Shown: positions 40,838 through 48,767 of the stretch, piece by piece | Numbering within the stretch: the stretch's first letter is position 1 | Layout of the letters: every line of letters begins with the position of its first letter | Source of the DNA: a virus | Virus record (IMG/VR): IMGVR_UViG_3300045988_070370 | Location: 3,495-67,494 of that record | Length of the DNA stretch: 64,000 nt | Reading direction: 5' to 3' (one strand) | Translations under genes and position numbers: made by a program | The notes under the pieces: generated by a model | Seen by the model: only the letters and a program-made list of their open reading frames with translations | What the model was told of the DNA's origin: nothing | Databases searched by the model: none

Positions 40838-41641
40838 TTAACAGAAAAATCCGTCAGGGATTCCTCCAATATTCATGCCTCTCTGGATAACCTTTTCACT
40901 CTGCTTGCCATAGATAAGATGTCTGAATCCATCCGACACCGCTCTATCAGCGATAGAATAGGAACAGGCAAGAACTACAAAACCAAGAGTACCAATAATG
41001 AAATCAGCTTTTGTTTTTCTCGTTCTCAGCAAAGTTCTCTTTGTTTCTTCGTTATTCCTTATGTCAAAGGAATGTTTCTCTGAAAGAGTAGAATTAATTC
41101 TTCCACTGGCAATGAGCCTTTTCTTGACTCTTGAAACAGAACTAATACTTGTATTGAGAGCCTTATGAAATTGCTTTAATGTGATTGCTTTACCTTTGGC
41201 ACCGACTTTTTCACCCTCAGGTGCTTTCATGCAACAGTCCTTATGCTCGGCAGCACAAATCTGAAACTCAAAAAGCTTCTCATTAATAAGATTGAATAAT
41301 TCCTTCAATGTATATTCTTTCACCTCAAACTTACAGACCATAGCACCACGATACTCATGCCCCTTACGAGTCCACTTTATCGTGTTGTCACGGAATGAAT
41401 GAACAATAACCTTGTTTCCGTCAACGGTAAACAAGTCATCATCCTTCATATCTTGAATAAGTCTTTCTGCTTTTGGCTTTCCAATATGTAACTCCTTTCT
41501 TAATCTATATTCCGTAACATTCCACATTACAGAATTACTATGCTGCATCTTTATCCAAATAGCAACTGCAAGAAGTTCTTTCATGCTCTTGCTTGAAGAG
41601 TATGCTTTCAAAAGTTCTATAGTTATATTTATATACTGCAT
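40838..41641 (-). CDS. Hypothetical HTH-containing protein with C-terminal hydrophobic helix
   Basis: ORF 40838-41671, with an alternative start MQYINITIE at 41641. It has the HTH-like segment ITLKQFHKALNTSISSVSRVKKRLIASG and the helix FIIGTLGFVVLACSYSIA. Confidence 0.45.
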   Translation of the reverse strand: MQYINITIELLKAYSSSKSMKELLAVAIWIKMQHSNSVMWNVTEYRLRKELHIGKPKAERLIQDMKDDDLFTVDGNKVIVHSFRDNTIKWTRKGHEYRGAMVCKFEVKEYTLKELFNLINEKLFEFQICAAEHKDCCMKAPEGEKVGAKGKAITLKQFHKALNTSISSVSRVKKRLIASGRINSTLSEKHSFDIRNNEETKRTLLRTRKTKADFIIGTLGFVVLACSYSIADRAVSDGFRHLIYGKQSEKVIQRGMNIGGIPDGFFC

Positions 41642-41761
41642 AGCATAAAAAAAGAGGAATCCCAAGGTCATGTTGCGCTAACCAAGGGATTCCATATCTA
41701 AAAAGGCATAAAGCCTGAAAGGAGGACAAATCTGTATGTGTCAATCGCAACTTTGACGATG

Positions 41762-41769
41762 CAAATATA
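41762..41769 (-). promoter_or_regulatory. -7 promoter box (TAtaTTTG on minus strand)
   Basis: The plus strand reads caaatata, upstream of the 41671/41641 starts. Confidence 0.35.
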
Positions 41770-41846
41770 GAGGCTTTTTCCGAAACTACCAAATGTGAAA
41801 AATCACTAAATTGTAAAACATTGAGATTTTAGCATTAGTGGATATG

Positions 41847-41862
41847 TAGTGGATATATAGTA
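41847..41862 (+). repeat. Direct repeat A copy 1 (TAGTGGATATATAGTA), preceded by an 11-bp tandem copy
   Basis: It matches 42187-42202 with one mismatch. Locally it reads TAGTGGATATG-TAGTGGATATA-TAGTA. Confidence 0.6.
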
Positions 41863-41973
41863 CAACATATTTTTAGAATGGTTAATCTTGGTTAAAGTAG
41901 TTGTCGGTATAAAATATAATCACTACTTTTGCAATGATACAAATGTGTTACTTTTCAAAATTTAACATTTGAA

Positions 41974-41992
41974 TGTTACTATTTTGTTACTC
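41974..41992 (+). repeat. Direct repeat B copy 1 (TGTTACTATTTTGTTACTC)
   Basis: A perfect 19-bp match to 42217-42235. Confidence 0.7.
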
Positions 41993-42186
41993 ACGCAAAG
42001 CTAATGAACACATAAGTGTCTGATTATTAGTACTTTACAATAGAAATACAAATTGATGGAATTTACCGCTCAGCAATCAAAGAAAAATAGCTTACTAATA
42101 CCTATTACATAGCTAATAACACCTAAAATACTTATTATCAACCACTTACAAATAGCAATCTGATAAATATCTCCGTTTTAGATATT

Positions 42187-42202
42187 AGTAGATATATAGT
42201 AG
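42187..42202 (+). repeat. Direct repeat A copy 2 (TAGTAGATATATAGTA)
   Basis: See 41847-41862. Confidence 0.6.
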
Positions 42203-42216
42203 GTATTAGCATATCT

Positions 42217-42235
42217 TGTTACTATTTTGTTACTC
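42217..42235 (+). repeat. Direct repeat B copy 2 (TGTTACTATTTTGTTACTC)
   Basis: A perfect 19-bp repeat, 50 nt upstream of the integrase promoter box. Confidence 0.7.
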
Positions 42236-42284
42236 GTTCTTAACATTTATCTCCCATTTTCTTGCAAGTAACAAAAAATATAAT

Positions 42285-42292
42285 TATCTTTG
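42285..42292 (+). promoter_or_regulatory. -7 promoter box TAtcTTTG for the integrase
   Basis: tatctttg lies 27 nt upstream of the ATG at 42319. Confidence 0.5.
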
Positions 42293-42318
42293 CAGCGAAA
42301 ACCATAATAAGGAGGCTT

Positions 42319-43479
42319 ATGAAAGAAAAGAACAATTCAAAAGAACCAGTCACTATCAGATACAAGGAGTTAGCCAATGGCAACCTCAGTATCTACCTTG
42401 ACATCTACAAGGATGGCAAGAGGGCATACGAATTTCTCAAACTTTATCTCCTGCCCGAAACAGGTAAGGATAGAATGGAGCACAAGAGGAAGAACAAGGA
42501 GACCAGGGAAGTAGCCAATCTCATCAAATCACAACGCATCCTTGACATCAAGAACGGAATGGCAGGGATAGAGAGCAAAAACAAAGGAAAAATGAAACTC
42601 TCTGACTACATAGACAAATTCATAAAATACAAGAAGGGAGTAAACCCTACCTATAATGACTCCTTCCTTAATCGAACGAAATCGCTTGTTGTAGAATACA
42701 AAGGCGATAATGTACTTATGAAGGATATAAACAAAGAATGGTGCTTAGGCTACATTAGATTCCTGAATACAACAACCTCTCACAGAGGTAAACCGCTCGG
42801 TAAGAACTCAATAAAGACATACTACAGATACTTTGGTTCTGTTATCATCAAGGCTGCAAAGGATGAAATCATACAGAAGAATCCTTTGGATCAGATTGAA
42901 ACAGAAGAAAAGCCAAAGGCAAATGATGATGCAGGAAGGGTGTACCTGACCATAGACGAGATAAGAAAGATGGCAGAGACTGAATGCGAGAAAGAGGTCA
43001 TTAAACGTGCATTCATGTTTTCCTGTTTTTGCGGATTGCGAATATCAGACATCAGGAAGCTGAAATGGACAGATATAGAGCAGACAACAGATGGCGATGG
43101 AAATACTCACTACCGCCTTTCAACGACCATGCAGAAGACTCAGAAGACCATCACCTACCAGTTATCCAATGAAGCTGTCAAATGGCTACCTGAAAGAAGT
43201 GAAGGCGAACTTGTGTTCGACCATCTTACCAAGAAGTCCAAGTTGAGTATGGTAGTGAAAGACTGGGCAAAGGCAGCAGGAATAGATAAGTATGTTACAT
43301 TCCATACCGCCAGACATTCTTTTGCCACAATGATGCTGACACTTGGAGCAGACATCTACACTACCAGCAAGTTACTTGGGCACTCCAAGATACAGACAAC
43401 CGAGATATATGCTAAGATAATTGATAAGAAGAAGGATGAAGCCATGGGACTCATTGATAAGTTCTTTGATAAAGGTTAA
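42319..43479 (+). CDS. int: Tyrosine recombinase / phage integrase (Bacteroidota type)
   Basis: ORF 42262-43479, with likely start MKEKNNSKEPV. The catalytic context is CGLRISDIRKLKW, HTARHSFATMML and LLGHSKIQTTEIYAKI (R..HxxR..H..Y). Confidence 0.9.
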   Translation: MKEKNNSKEPVTIRYKELANGNLSIYLDIYKDGKRAYEFLKLYLLPETGKDRMEHKRKNKETREVANLIKSQRILDIKNGMAGIESKNKGKMKLSDYIDKFIKYKKGVNPTYNDSFLNRTKSLVVEYKGDNVLMKDINKEWCLGYIRFLNTTTSHRGKPLGKNSIKTYYRYFGSVIIKAAKDEIIQKNPLDQIETEEKPKANDDAGRVYLTIDEIRKMAETECEKEVIKRAFMFSCFCGLRISDIRKLKWTDIEQTTDGDGNTHYRLSTTMQKTQKTITYQLSNEAVKWLPERSEGELVFDHLTKKSKLSMVVKDWAKAAGIDKYVTFHTARHSFATMMLTLGADIYTTSKLLGHSKIQTTEIYAKIIDKKKDEAMGLIDKFFDKG

Positions 43480-43523
43480 TAGTTAAACTATGTAATTTGC
43501 TTCTGATTCTCAGGAGAAAACCG

Positions 43524-43531
43524 TAATTTTG
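43524..43531 (+). promoter_or_regulatory. -7 promoter box TAatTTTG
   Basis: taattttg lies 29 nt upstream of the ATG at 43560. Confidence 0.45.
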
Positions 43532-43559
43532 CCTCATAAACTTTATAAACTCATTGCTT

Positions 43560-43964
43560 ATGAATGCTTTAGATGTAGATTTATATGTGCTTCTTGATTT
43601 TCAGTACCAAAAAAGCGAAAAAGAAATCAGGGCATACCGTTACTTGCACGAAAGTCAGCGTGTATTTAGCGACCTTCTTTACAAAGACAGAGTAAAATGT
43701 CTAACAAAGCTTGGCTACCTTGCTCATGGTATCGGAATGAGCGATGATGGTGTCAGAGACCATTGGTGGGTTACCGAAGAAGGAAAAGAAAAAATCAAGG
43801 AGTGTATGGAACGCTCTTCAATATACAAAATAAGAAGACTCTCCAAAAAGTATGGAGTTGTAAGAGACCAGCTACATATCTTTTGGGAAAGCCTTCCTTA
43901 TGCGTTCATTATATACTTCATCGGTCTAATTATATTTAGCTTCATCAGAAAATGGATATTCTAA
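43560..43964 (+). CDS. Tail-anchored small protein, paralog A (soluble N-domain plus C-terminal TM)
   Basis: The ATG at 43560 gives MNALDVDLYVLLDF.... The C-terminal helix is LPYAFIIYFIGLIIFSFI. The architecture and the LYVLLD / YL..G / VT..G motifs are shared with 44007-44432. Confidence 0.55.
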   Translation: MNALDVDLYVLLDFQYQKSEKEIRAYRYLHESQRVFSDLLYKDRVKCLTKLGYLAHGIGMSDDGVRDHWWVTEEGKEKIKECMERSSIYKIRRLSKKYGVVRDQLHIFWESLPYAFIIYFIGLIIFSFIRKWIF

Positions 43965-44006
43965 ATGATAAGATAGCATTAGGCGCAATAATTGGGATTT
44001 CTTTAG

Positions 44007-44432
44007 CTATCGTTGTTTCAGTACTATATATGTAACTACAGAACCGACAATAGCCCCAATGAAAGCGTCTGCAACCATCCACATAATCTTGTAGATTACA
44101 CCATGTTGTTCCTTAAATGAAGACTCCTTCTTTAGAGCCTTCACTTCCTCCTCATGCTCCTTTTTTAACATACTGCCATTCCAAAGGATTGGTATCTGGC
44201 TCCTGCCCTGCTTGGTAACACTATACACCACCCTGGATTCTTGGTTACTATAGGCATACCCTCGGTTGAGGTATTCGCTCTTCACCAATAGTTCTGCAAC
44301 ACCCTCTTTCCAAGCACCATCAGGAGATACGTTATCATAAATGATACTCCATATCTCCTGCTCATACTCAGACTTGTCTCGGATGCTATCCAGCAGCACG
44401 TAAAGCTTCTGTTCATTTGTTATCTCAGCCAT
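44007..44432 (-). CDS. Tail-anchored small protein, paralog B
   Basis: 141 aa, containing KLYVLLDSIRDKSEYE and the C-terminal helix MWMVADAFIGAIVGSVVTYIVL. Its start overlaps the upstream stop. Confidence 0.55.
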   Translation of the reverse strand: MAEITNEQKLYVLLDSIRDKSEYEQEIWSIIYDNVSPDGAWKEGVAELLVKSEYLNRGYAYSNQESRVVYSVTKQGRSQIPILWNGSMLKKEHEEEVKALKKESSFKEQHGVIYKIMWMVADAFIGAIVGSVVTYIVLKQR

Positions 44433-45622
44433 TATTTTATCCCCAAACTTTGTATTTGATTTTTTAAGATTTTTGATTTTGTTATATAATCAATGTTATT
44501 TAAACGGCAATGATTTATGGTTACATCATTGCCAGACATTGCGCCAAAAACCAAACTACAAATATACCCATTATAATCACCTCGTTTCTGAGAAATAGTT
44601 GCCATCATAAGAAAACAACTTCCTATTGTATCGTTAACTCGACCTTTTCCATCAAGTACATCTATTTTGGATAAGCCATATCTATCTTGTAATACAGACA
44701 AACTTTTCTCGAAACAAGAATTTGCTAACGTGTACGCATTTTTGTCGTAATATGCAAAGCCTTGCATATAATATGCATCTCCCAAAAGTTCATTCAACAA
44801 ATTAGAGGAAAGAGATAAGTATTGTCTCTTGTGCTCAATACAATCTATCAGTTTTTCCGAATATAATATCGTGTTATCTCTATCCTTTAAACCGTCATAG
44901 GCTATCATTCGATAATAATATGAATAGAAATAAGAATCGTCTGACAAATATATATAAGGGTCATCAATCCATTCGTTACATACATCAATACACTCTCTAT
45001 CTTTATGTGTACTAAGATAACATCTTGCTAAGTATCTGTAGCCTTTATCCGTTAAAAGGTTTTTATATTTAAAATCTTCCATTTGATGAATAATCATACT
45101 ATAACTTCCAGAAGAAAAATTAGATTCTAAACCTTCATATACTTTATCTATATACTCAGGGCTATAATTTGCCGTTGATTTATTTATAATAAGCTTGTTC
45201 CCATCTATACCAACCTTACCAATTTTCTGAATTGCAGACAAACCTAACAATAAAGGTGCTCTTTGACTATCCAATATAACAGCCTCGACATCATCAATTT
45301 TAATACCACCTATCTCTAATCTTTTTATTTTAACAACAATATGGTCTATACTTTCACCAGACGCAATAGTAGAAGACCCCTCGCCAATAACGTCTGTTTC
45401 ACGCAACAATCCATTACGGAACATATAAGACGCAACCTTAGAAGACAGACTAACATCGGATGCTCCTGTGTCAAATATCATACTAACTTTATAGCCATTA
45501 ACTGTACACGGAACCGTAAAAACACCACCATCTTTTGTCATTTCTATAACTGTTTGTGAAAAAACACATAAGCTAATTAACATAAAAGACAAAACAAACA
45601 TTACTCTTTTCATACCTACCAC
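44432..45622 (-). CDS. Secreted retropepsin-like aspartyl protease domain fused to a TPR-like helical domain
   Basis: The signal peptide is MKRVMFVLSFMLISLCVFSQ. The clan-AA motif is VSMIFDTGASDVSL, with LLLGLSAIQKIG as the flap/closing segment. The C-terminal 230 aa are Y/L/D-rich helical repeats. The region is low in GC. Confidence 0.65.
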   Translation of the reverse strand: MVGMKRVMFVLSFMLISLCVFSQTVIEMTKDGGVFTVPCTVNGYKVSMIFDTGASDVSLSSKVASYMFRNGLLRETDVIGEGSSTIASGESIDHIVVKIKRLEIGGIKIDDVEAVILDSQRAPLLLGLSAIQKIGKVGIDGNKLIINKSTANYSPEYIDKVYEGLESNFSSGSYSMIIHQMEDFKYKNLLTDKGYRYLARCYLSTHKDRECIDVCNEWIDDPYIYLSDDSYFYSYYYRMIAYDGLKDRDNTILYSEKLIDCIEHKRQYLSLSSNLLNELLGDAYYMQGFAYYDKNAYTLANSCFEKSLSVLQDRYGLSKIDVLDGKGRVNDTIGSCFLMMATISQKRGDYNGYICSLVFGAMSGNDVTINHCRLNNIDYITKSKILKNQIQSLGIK

Positions 45623-45629
45623 ACATTAA

Positions 45630-46013
45630 TTATCCTACACTTCTCTTACCCATAACACCGCCAAGATTAGACACCAACATATCGTAGCAATCCTTAATAG
45701 CTTCGTACTTCGCCTTCCAGACAGAATCATGTTCTACTACATCAGATTCTCTTCCTTTAGTATCTTGCATTTTTGCAAGAGTCATTTGTTCACTAATAAG
45801 CATTTCGCCTTTTCCACGCAATAACCATTCGGCAGAAACGTCAGGAAAGACAGAAAGGACTCCCTCTATCACCTTAGATGACAAAGCTTGGTCTCCTTTT
45901 AATTGTCTATTAACCGTACTCGGAATCATTTCAAGCATATTTGCAAGACCATTTGGAGTTTTACAAAAATGCTTTAAAACAACGTTAATACGTTCAATTA
46001 CAGATACTTCCAT
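45630..46013 (-). CDS. HTH repressor-like protein (CI-like; no S24 peptidase domain)
   Basis: 127 aa. The N-terminal HTH is LANMLEMIPSTVNRQLKG, with the conserved AEWLLRGKGEM seen in Bacteroidota phage/ICE regulators. It is divergent from a Cro-like gene. Confidence 0.6.
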   Translation of the reverse strand: MEVSVIERINVVLKHFCKTPNGLANMLEMIPSTVNRQLKGDQALSSKVIEGVLSVFPDVSAEWLLRGKGEMLISEQMTLAKMQDTKGRESDVVEHDSVWKAKYEAIKDCYDMLVSNLGGVMGKRSVG

Positions 46014-46062
46014 ACATTTTACATTTTTATACCATAATTAAATATTGTTAATTTGCGCAACT

Positions 46063-46092
46063 TTTTCGACAAAAGCTTGCATTTTTTGCAAG
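46063..46092. promoter_or_regulatory. Operator-like palindromes in the divergent switch region
   Basis: TTGCGCAA (46063-46070) and CTTGCA-TTTTT-TGCAAG (46076-92) abut the TAccTTTG box. Confidence 0.4.
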
Positions 46093-46100
46093 ATATTATA

Positions 46101-46108
46101 TACCTTTG
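46101..46108 (+). promoter_or_regulatory. -7 promoter box TAccTTTG (early rightward)
   Basis: tacctttg lies 60 nt upstream of the ATG at 46168. Confidence 0.45.
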
Positions 46109-46167
46109 CACTCGTAATCAATAAGTGCTTAATTATTAAAAGCAAAAATACAACAAAAAATTAAGTT

Positions 46168-46365
46168 ATGCAAGCAAAAAAGATAAAAATTATCAAAGTT
46201 CCGCTTGAAGGACGAAAAAAACTTGCAGAGCGATATGGTTGTTGCAGAGAGACAATCTTCAACGCTCTTGCATTTAGGAGTCAGAGCAAGCAGTCCGAGG
46301 ACATCAGGCAAGATGCTCTGAATGACTTCGGAGGAGTGGAGACTGACAAGGTTGTGTTCTATTAA
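46168..46365 (+). CDS. Cro-like small regulator (putative)
   Basis: 65 aa, first gene divergent from the repressor. The possible HTH is LAERYGCCRETIFNAL. Confidence 0.4.
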   Translation: MQAKKIKIIKVPLEGRKKLAERYGCCRETIFNALAFRSQSKQSEDIRQDALNDFGGVETDKVVFY

Positions 46366-46379
46366 AAAAGGAGGTGAGC

Positions 46380-46619
46380 ATGATTAAAAGATTATTCAGA
46401 ACATGGCTGAGGTATAAACTCGTAAGAATGATTGGCGAACGTGAAACCAACTTTGAAGAAGTTTTTGAATGGATTTACAATTCGCCAATCACGGATTGGA
46501 AGATAATGCTCTACTTGGCAAACAAATTCGATGGGTGTATAGATTCACAATCGCATCCGAACAAATTTAAAGTTGATTTGGATAGAGCAAAGGAAGTTTT
46601 AAATTTTATCAAGAACTAA
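46380..46619 (+). CDS. Hypothetical protein
   Basis: The track ORF is 46374-46619. The ATG at 46380 gives MIKRLFRTW. Confidence 0.45.
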   Translation: MIKRLFRTWLRYKLVRMIGERETNFEEVFEWIYNSPITDWKIMLYLANKFDGCIDSQSHPNKFKVDLDRAKEVLNFIKN

Positions 46620-46799
46620 CAATATTGTTATTCTGGTATTTTCACTTCCACCTCGTGTAACTTGCGTACTATTACAAGTTGATACGCTTGATACTTTCCA
46701 ACCATCAAGATTGGATTGACTGACAATAGAGTTAAGATAACTCTCCAAATCATTTAGCTCATCTATTGAGCGTGTGATTGCAACGATTTTCTGTTTCAT
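46599..46799 (-). CDS. Small hypothetical protein
   Basis: The internal start MKQKIVAITRS (46799) lies about 40 nt downstream of the minus-strand TAccTTTG box at 46839-46846. Confidence 0.4.
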   Translation of the reverse strand: MKQKIVAITRSIDELNDLESYLNSIVSQSNLDGWKVSSVSTCNSTQVTRGGSENTRITILLVLDKI

Positions 46800-46838
46800 A
46801 CGAAATTGAATTAAGTTAAAATAAAAATTTGTCAACCG

Positions 46839-46846
46839 CAAAGGTA
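46839..46846 (-). promoter_or_regulatory. -7 promoter box (TAccTTTG on minus strand)
   Basis: The plus strand reads caaaggta. Confidence 0.4.
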
Positions 46847-46955
46847 CAAAATAAAAACTACAATCGGGCAACGGTAGATATAATAATGTATAAAATGAAA
46901 ATTTGTCACTTTCTGTTTCATACACTACCGCCCGATTTTAAAACTGGAGGAAAAT

Positions 46956-47831
46956 ATGAATGAAATTGTTTACAGAGGTGAAAGCAACCAACCTCTAACA
47001 AATAGCAAACTGGTTGCTGAGGTCTTCGGCAAAGAGCACCGCAATGTTGTAAGAGACATTAAAAACCTCATCGAAGGGGGTGTGCTCAAAAATGAGCAGA
47101 CCCCGATGTTTGAAGAAACTACCTACATCAACGAGCAGAACAAACAGAGTTATCCTATGTTCATCATGAACCAAGATGGTTTCACCTTGCTGGCGATGGG
47201 ATTCAATGGCAAGAAAGCGATGGAGTTCAAACTTAAATACATTGAAGCCTTCAACGCTATGAAGAGACAGATTGAGCAATCCAAGCCATCAGTCCCTCAG
47301 AACTATCTCGAAGCTCTCAAATCTCTGGTCAAGGCAGAAGAGGAGAAACAGCAGTTAGCCTTGGAGAACAAGCAGCAGCAAGCAACCATCCTCACTATCA
47401 GCAAGGAGAACATGGAACTTGGGAACAAGATTACCGAAATGCTGCCTAAGGTAAGCTACTACGACCAAATCCTGCAAAGCAATGCCACCATGACCATCAC
47501 CCAGATAGCGCAGGACTACGGAATGAGTGCGGTGAGAATGAACAAAGAGTTGGAATCTATGAGAATCCAGCATAAGGTTCGAGGTCAGTGGATATTGTAC
47601 GGACAGTTCCTTACTGGCGGCTACGTTCATAGCAGAGCAGTTGACATCATCCGTTCAGACGGAAGGCATGACGTGAAGTATAACACCGAGTGGACAACCA
47701 AGGGAAGAATCTTCCTTTATGATGCACTCAAAGCGAAGGGCATTCTCCCCTTAATAGAGCAGGAATGTACTCCCAGTAGTAAAGGCACTGGTAGAACAGA
47801 GTCGTCAAAGACAACTGGTGCCTGTCAGTAA
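46956..47831 (+). CDS. Antirepressor, Rha N-terminal domain plus KilAC/ANT C-terminal domain
   Basis: The N-terminal part is LTNSKLVAEVFGKEHRNVVRDIKNL (Rha-type). The C-terminal part is MTITQIAQDYGMSAVRMNKELESMRIQHKVRGQWILYGQF (KilAC-type). Confidence 0.8.
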   Translation: MNEIVYRGESNQPLTNSKLVAEVFGKEHRNVVRDIKNLIEGGVLKNEQTPMFEETTYINEQNKQSYPMFIMNQDGFTLLAMGFNGKKAMEFKLKYIEAFNAMKRQIEQSKPSVPQNYLEALKSLVKAEEEKQQLALENKQQQATILTISKENMELGNKITEMLPKVSYYDQILQSNATMTITQIAQDYGMSAVRMNKELESMRIQHKVRGQWILYGQFLTGGYVHSRAVDIIRSDGRHDVKYNTEWTTKGRIFLYDALKAKGILPLIEQECTPSSKGTGRTESSKTTGACQ

Positions 47832-47850
47832 ACCATCAAATTCAACTGAT

Positions 47851-48132
47851 ATGATAGACCCACAGATTAAGGAGCAGTTAGACCGCATCGAGCAGTATTC
47901 GATGATAGCTGCAAAGAATGTGCTCAACATTCAGGAAGCTGCAATCATCCTTGGCATGACGGTAGAAGGTGTGAGGTATAATGTTAGAAACAACAAACTT
48001 CCCTGCTACAAACCGAACGTCAACCGACTCTACTTCAAGAAGAGTGAGCTGGAAGACTGGATGATGCAGAACCGCTCGAAGAGTATGGCAGAGATAGAAT
48101 CAGAGGCAGCAGCCTATTGTACAACCCATTAA
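47851..48132 (+). CDS. Excisionase-like HTH (MerR/HTH_17-type) protein
   Basis: ORF 47818-48132, with likely start MIDPQIKEQ. The motif is NIQEAAIILGMTVEGVRYNVRNNKLPCYKPNVNRLYFKKSELEDWM. Confidence 0.6.
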   Translation: MIDPQIKEQLDRIEQYSMIAAKNVLNIQEAAIILGMTVEGVRYNVRNNKLPCYKPNVNRLYFKKSELEDWMMQNRSKSMAEIESEAAAYCTTH

Positions 48133-48143
48133 AAATATAGAAT

Positions 48144-48236
48144 ATGTTCTCAACAGTTATGTTATTATTGTCAATTATCACTTTTTGCGTGATGACAAAC
48201 GAGATTTACCGCTCATTCAAGGAATGGGGCAAATAA
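48144..48236 (+). CDS. Possible 30-aa hydrophobic peptide
   Basis: Own reading gives MFSTVMLLLSIITFCVMTNEIYRSFKEWGK. It is below the ORF-track size cut-off and has no other support. Confidence 0.25.
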   Translation: MFSTVMLLLSIITFCVMTNEIYRSFKEWGK

Positions 48237-48377
48237 GAGACATGGTGAGTGAACCTCAAATAAAGTTCATATAGATAAAAATTTAGTTAGCGTTATTGAT
48301 ATTGTTTAAGTGGAGGTTTTTGAAGTTCACTACTTCCACTCACCACAAGCCAGAAATGTTTTATGTTGATGCGTAAG

Positions 48378-48455
48378 ACGCAAGTAGTTCAGTTGGTAGA
48401 ACAGAAGGTTCCCCATCCTTCGATGTCGTGGGTTCGAGTCCCACCTTGCGTCCCA
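48378..48455 (+). tRNA. tRNA-Gly-like gene with apparent 8-nt anticodon loop (UUCCCCAU) and encoded CCA
   Basis: Manual cloverleaf parse. Acceptor ACGCAAG/CTTGCGT. D arm GTTC-AGTTGGTA-GAAC. Anticodon stem GAAGG/CCTTC (48404-08/48417-21) with loop TTCCCCAT. Variable region GATGTC. T arm GTGGG-TTCGAGT-CCCAC. Discriminator C, then CCA. The D arm resembles bacterial tRNA-Gly(CCC). Confidence 0.75.
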
Positions 48456-48753
48456 ATAGCCTGATTCCAAGGCTTCATATCGGATAGGATAAACCTTCCT
48501 GAAGAGGTACTCGCAGCCAAGAGCAGCGTATGCAACCACAACATACGATTAGACGAGGAAGTGGCAAGACTATTACCTGCACCGCAACAGGTGGAATTGG
48601 GAACGTCTTGGAGTTCACTTGTGAAGATGCAGACCTGATGCCGTGACCATTATTATATAAGGTAGCATTAAGAGGTAGGAGCGCACAACTACAATTCGGT
48701 TCTAATGCAGCCAGCATGAAACAGAATAGATGAAATATTGTAACTACATATTT

Positions 48754-48761
48754 TAATTTTG
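48754..48761 (+). promoter_or_regulatory. -7 promoter box TAatTTTG inside the non-coding region
   Basis: taattttg lies about 120 nt upstream of a strong terminator, with no credible ORF between them. Confidence 0.4.
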
Positions 48762-48767
48762 CTCTTT

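Noticed and set aside
41538-41792. An 84-aa minus-strand ORF overlapping the 5' end of 40838-41671.
   Set aside because: It is out of frame with the longer gene, spans the promoter region, and has no supporting features.
48378-48455. The tRNA as the attP core.
   Set aside because: It is a complete gene with an encoded CCA, about 5 kb from the integrase and separated from it by the whole immunity region. The repeat-rich region at 41836-42235 is a better attP candidate.
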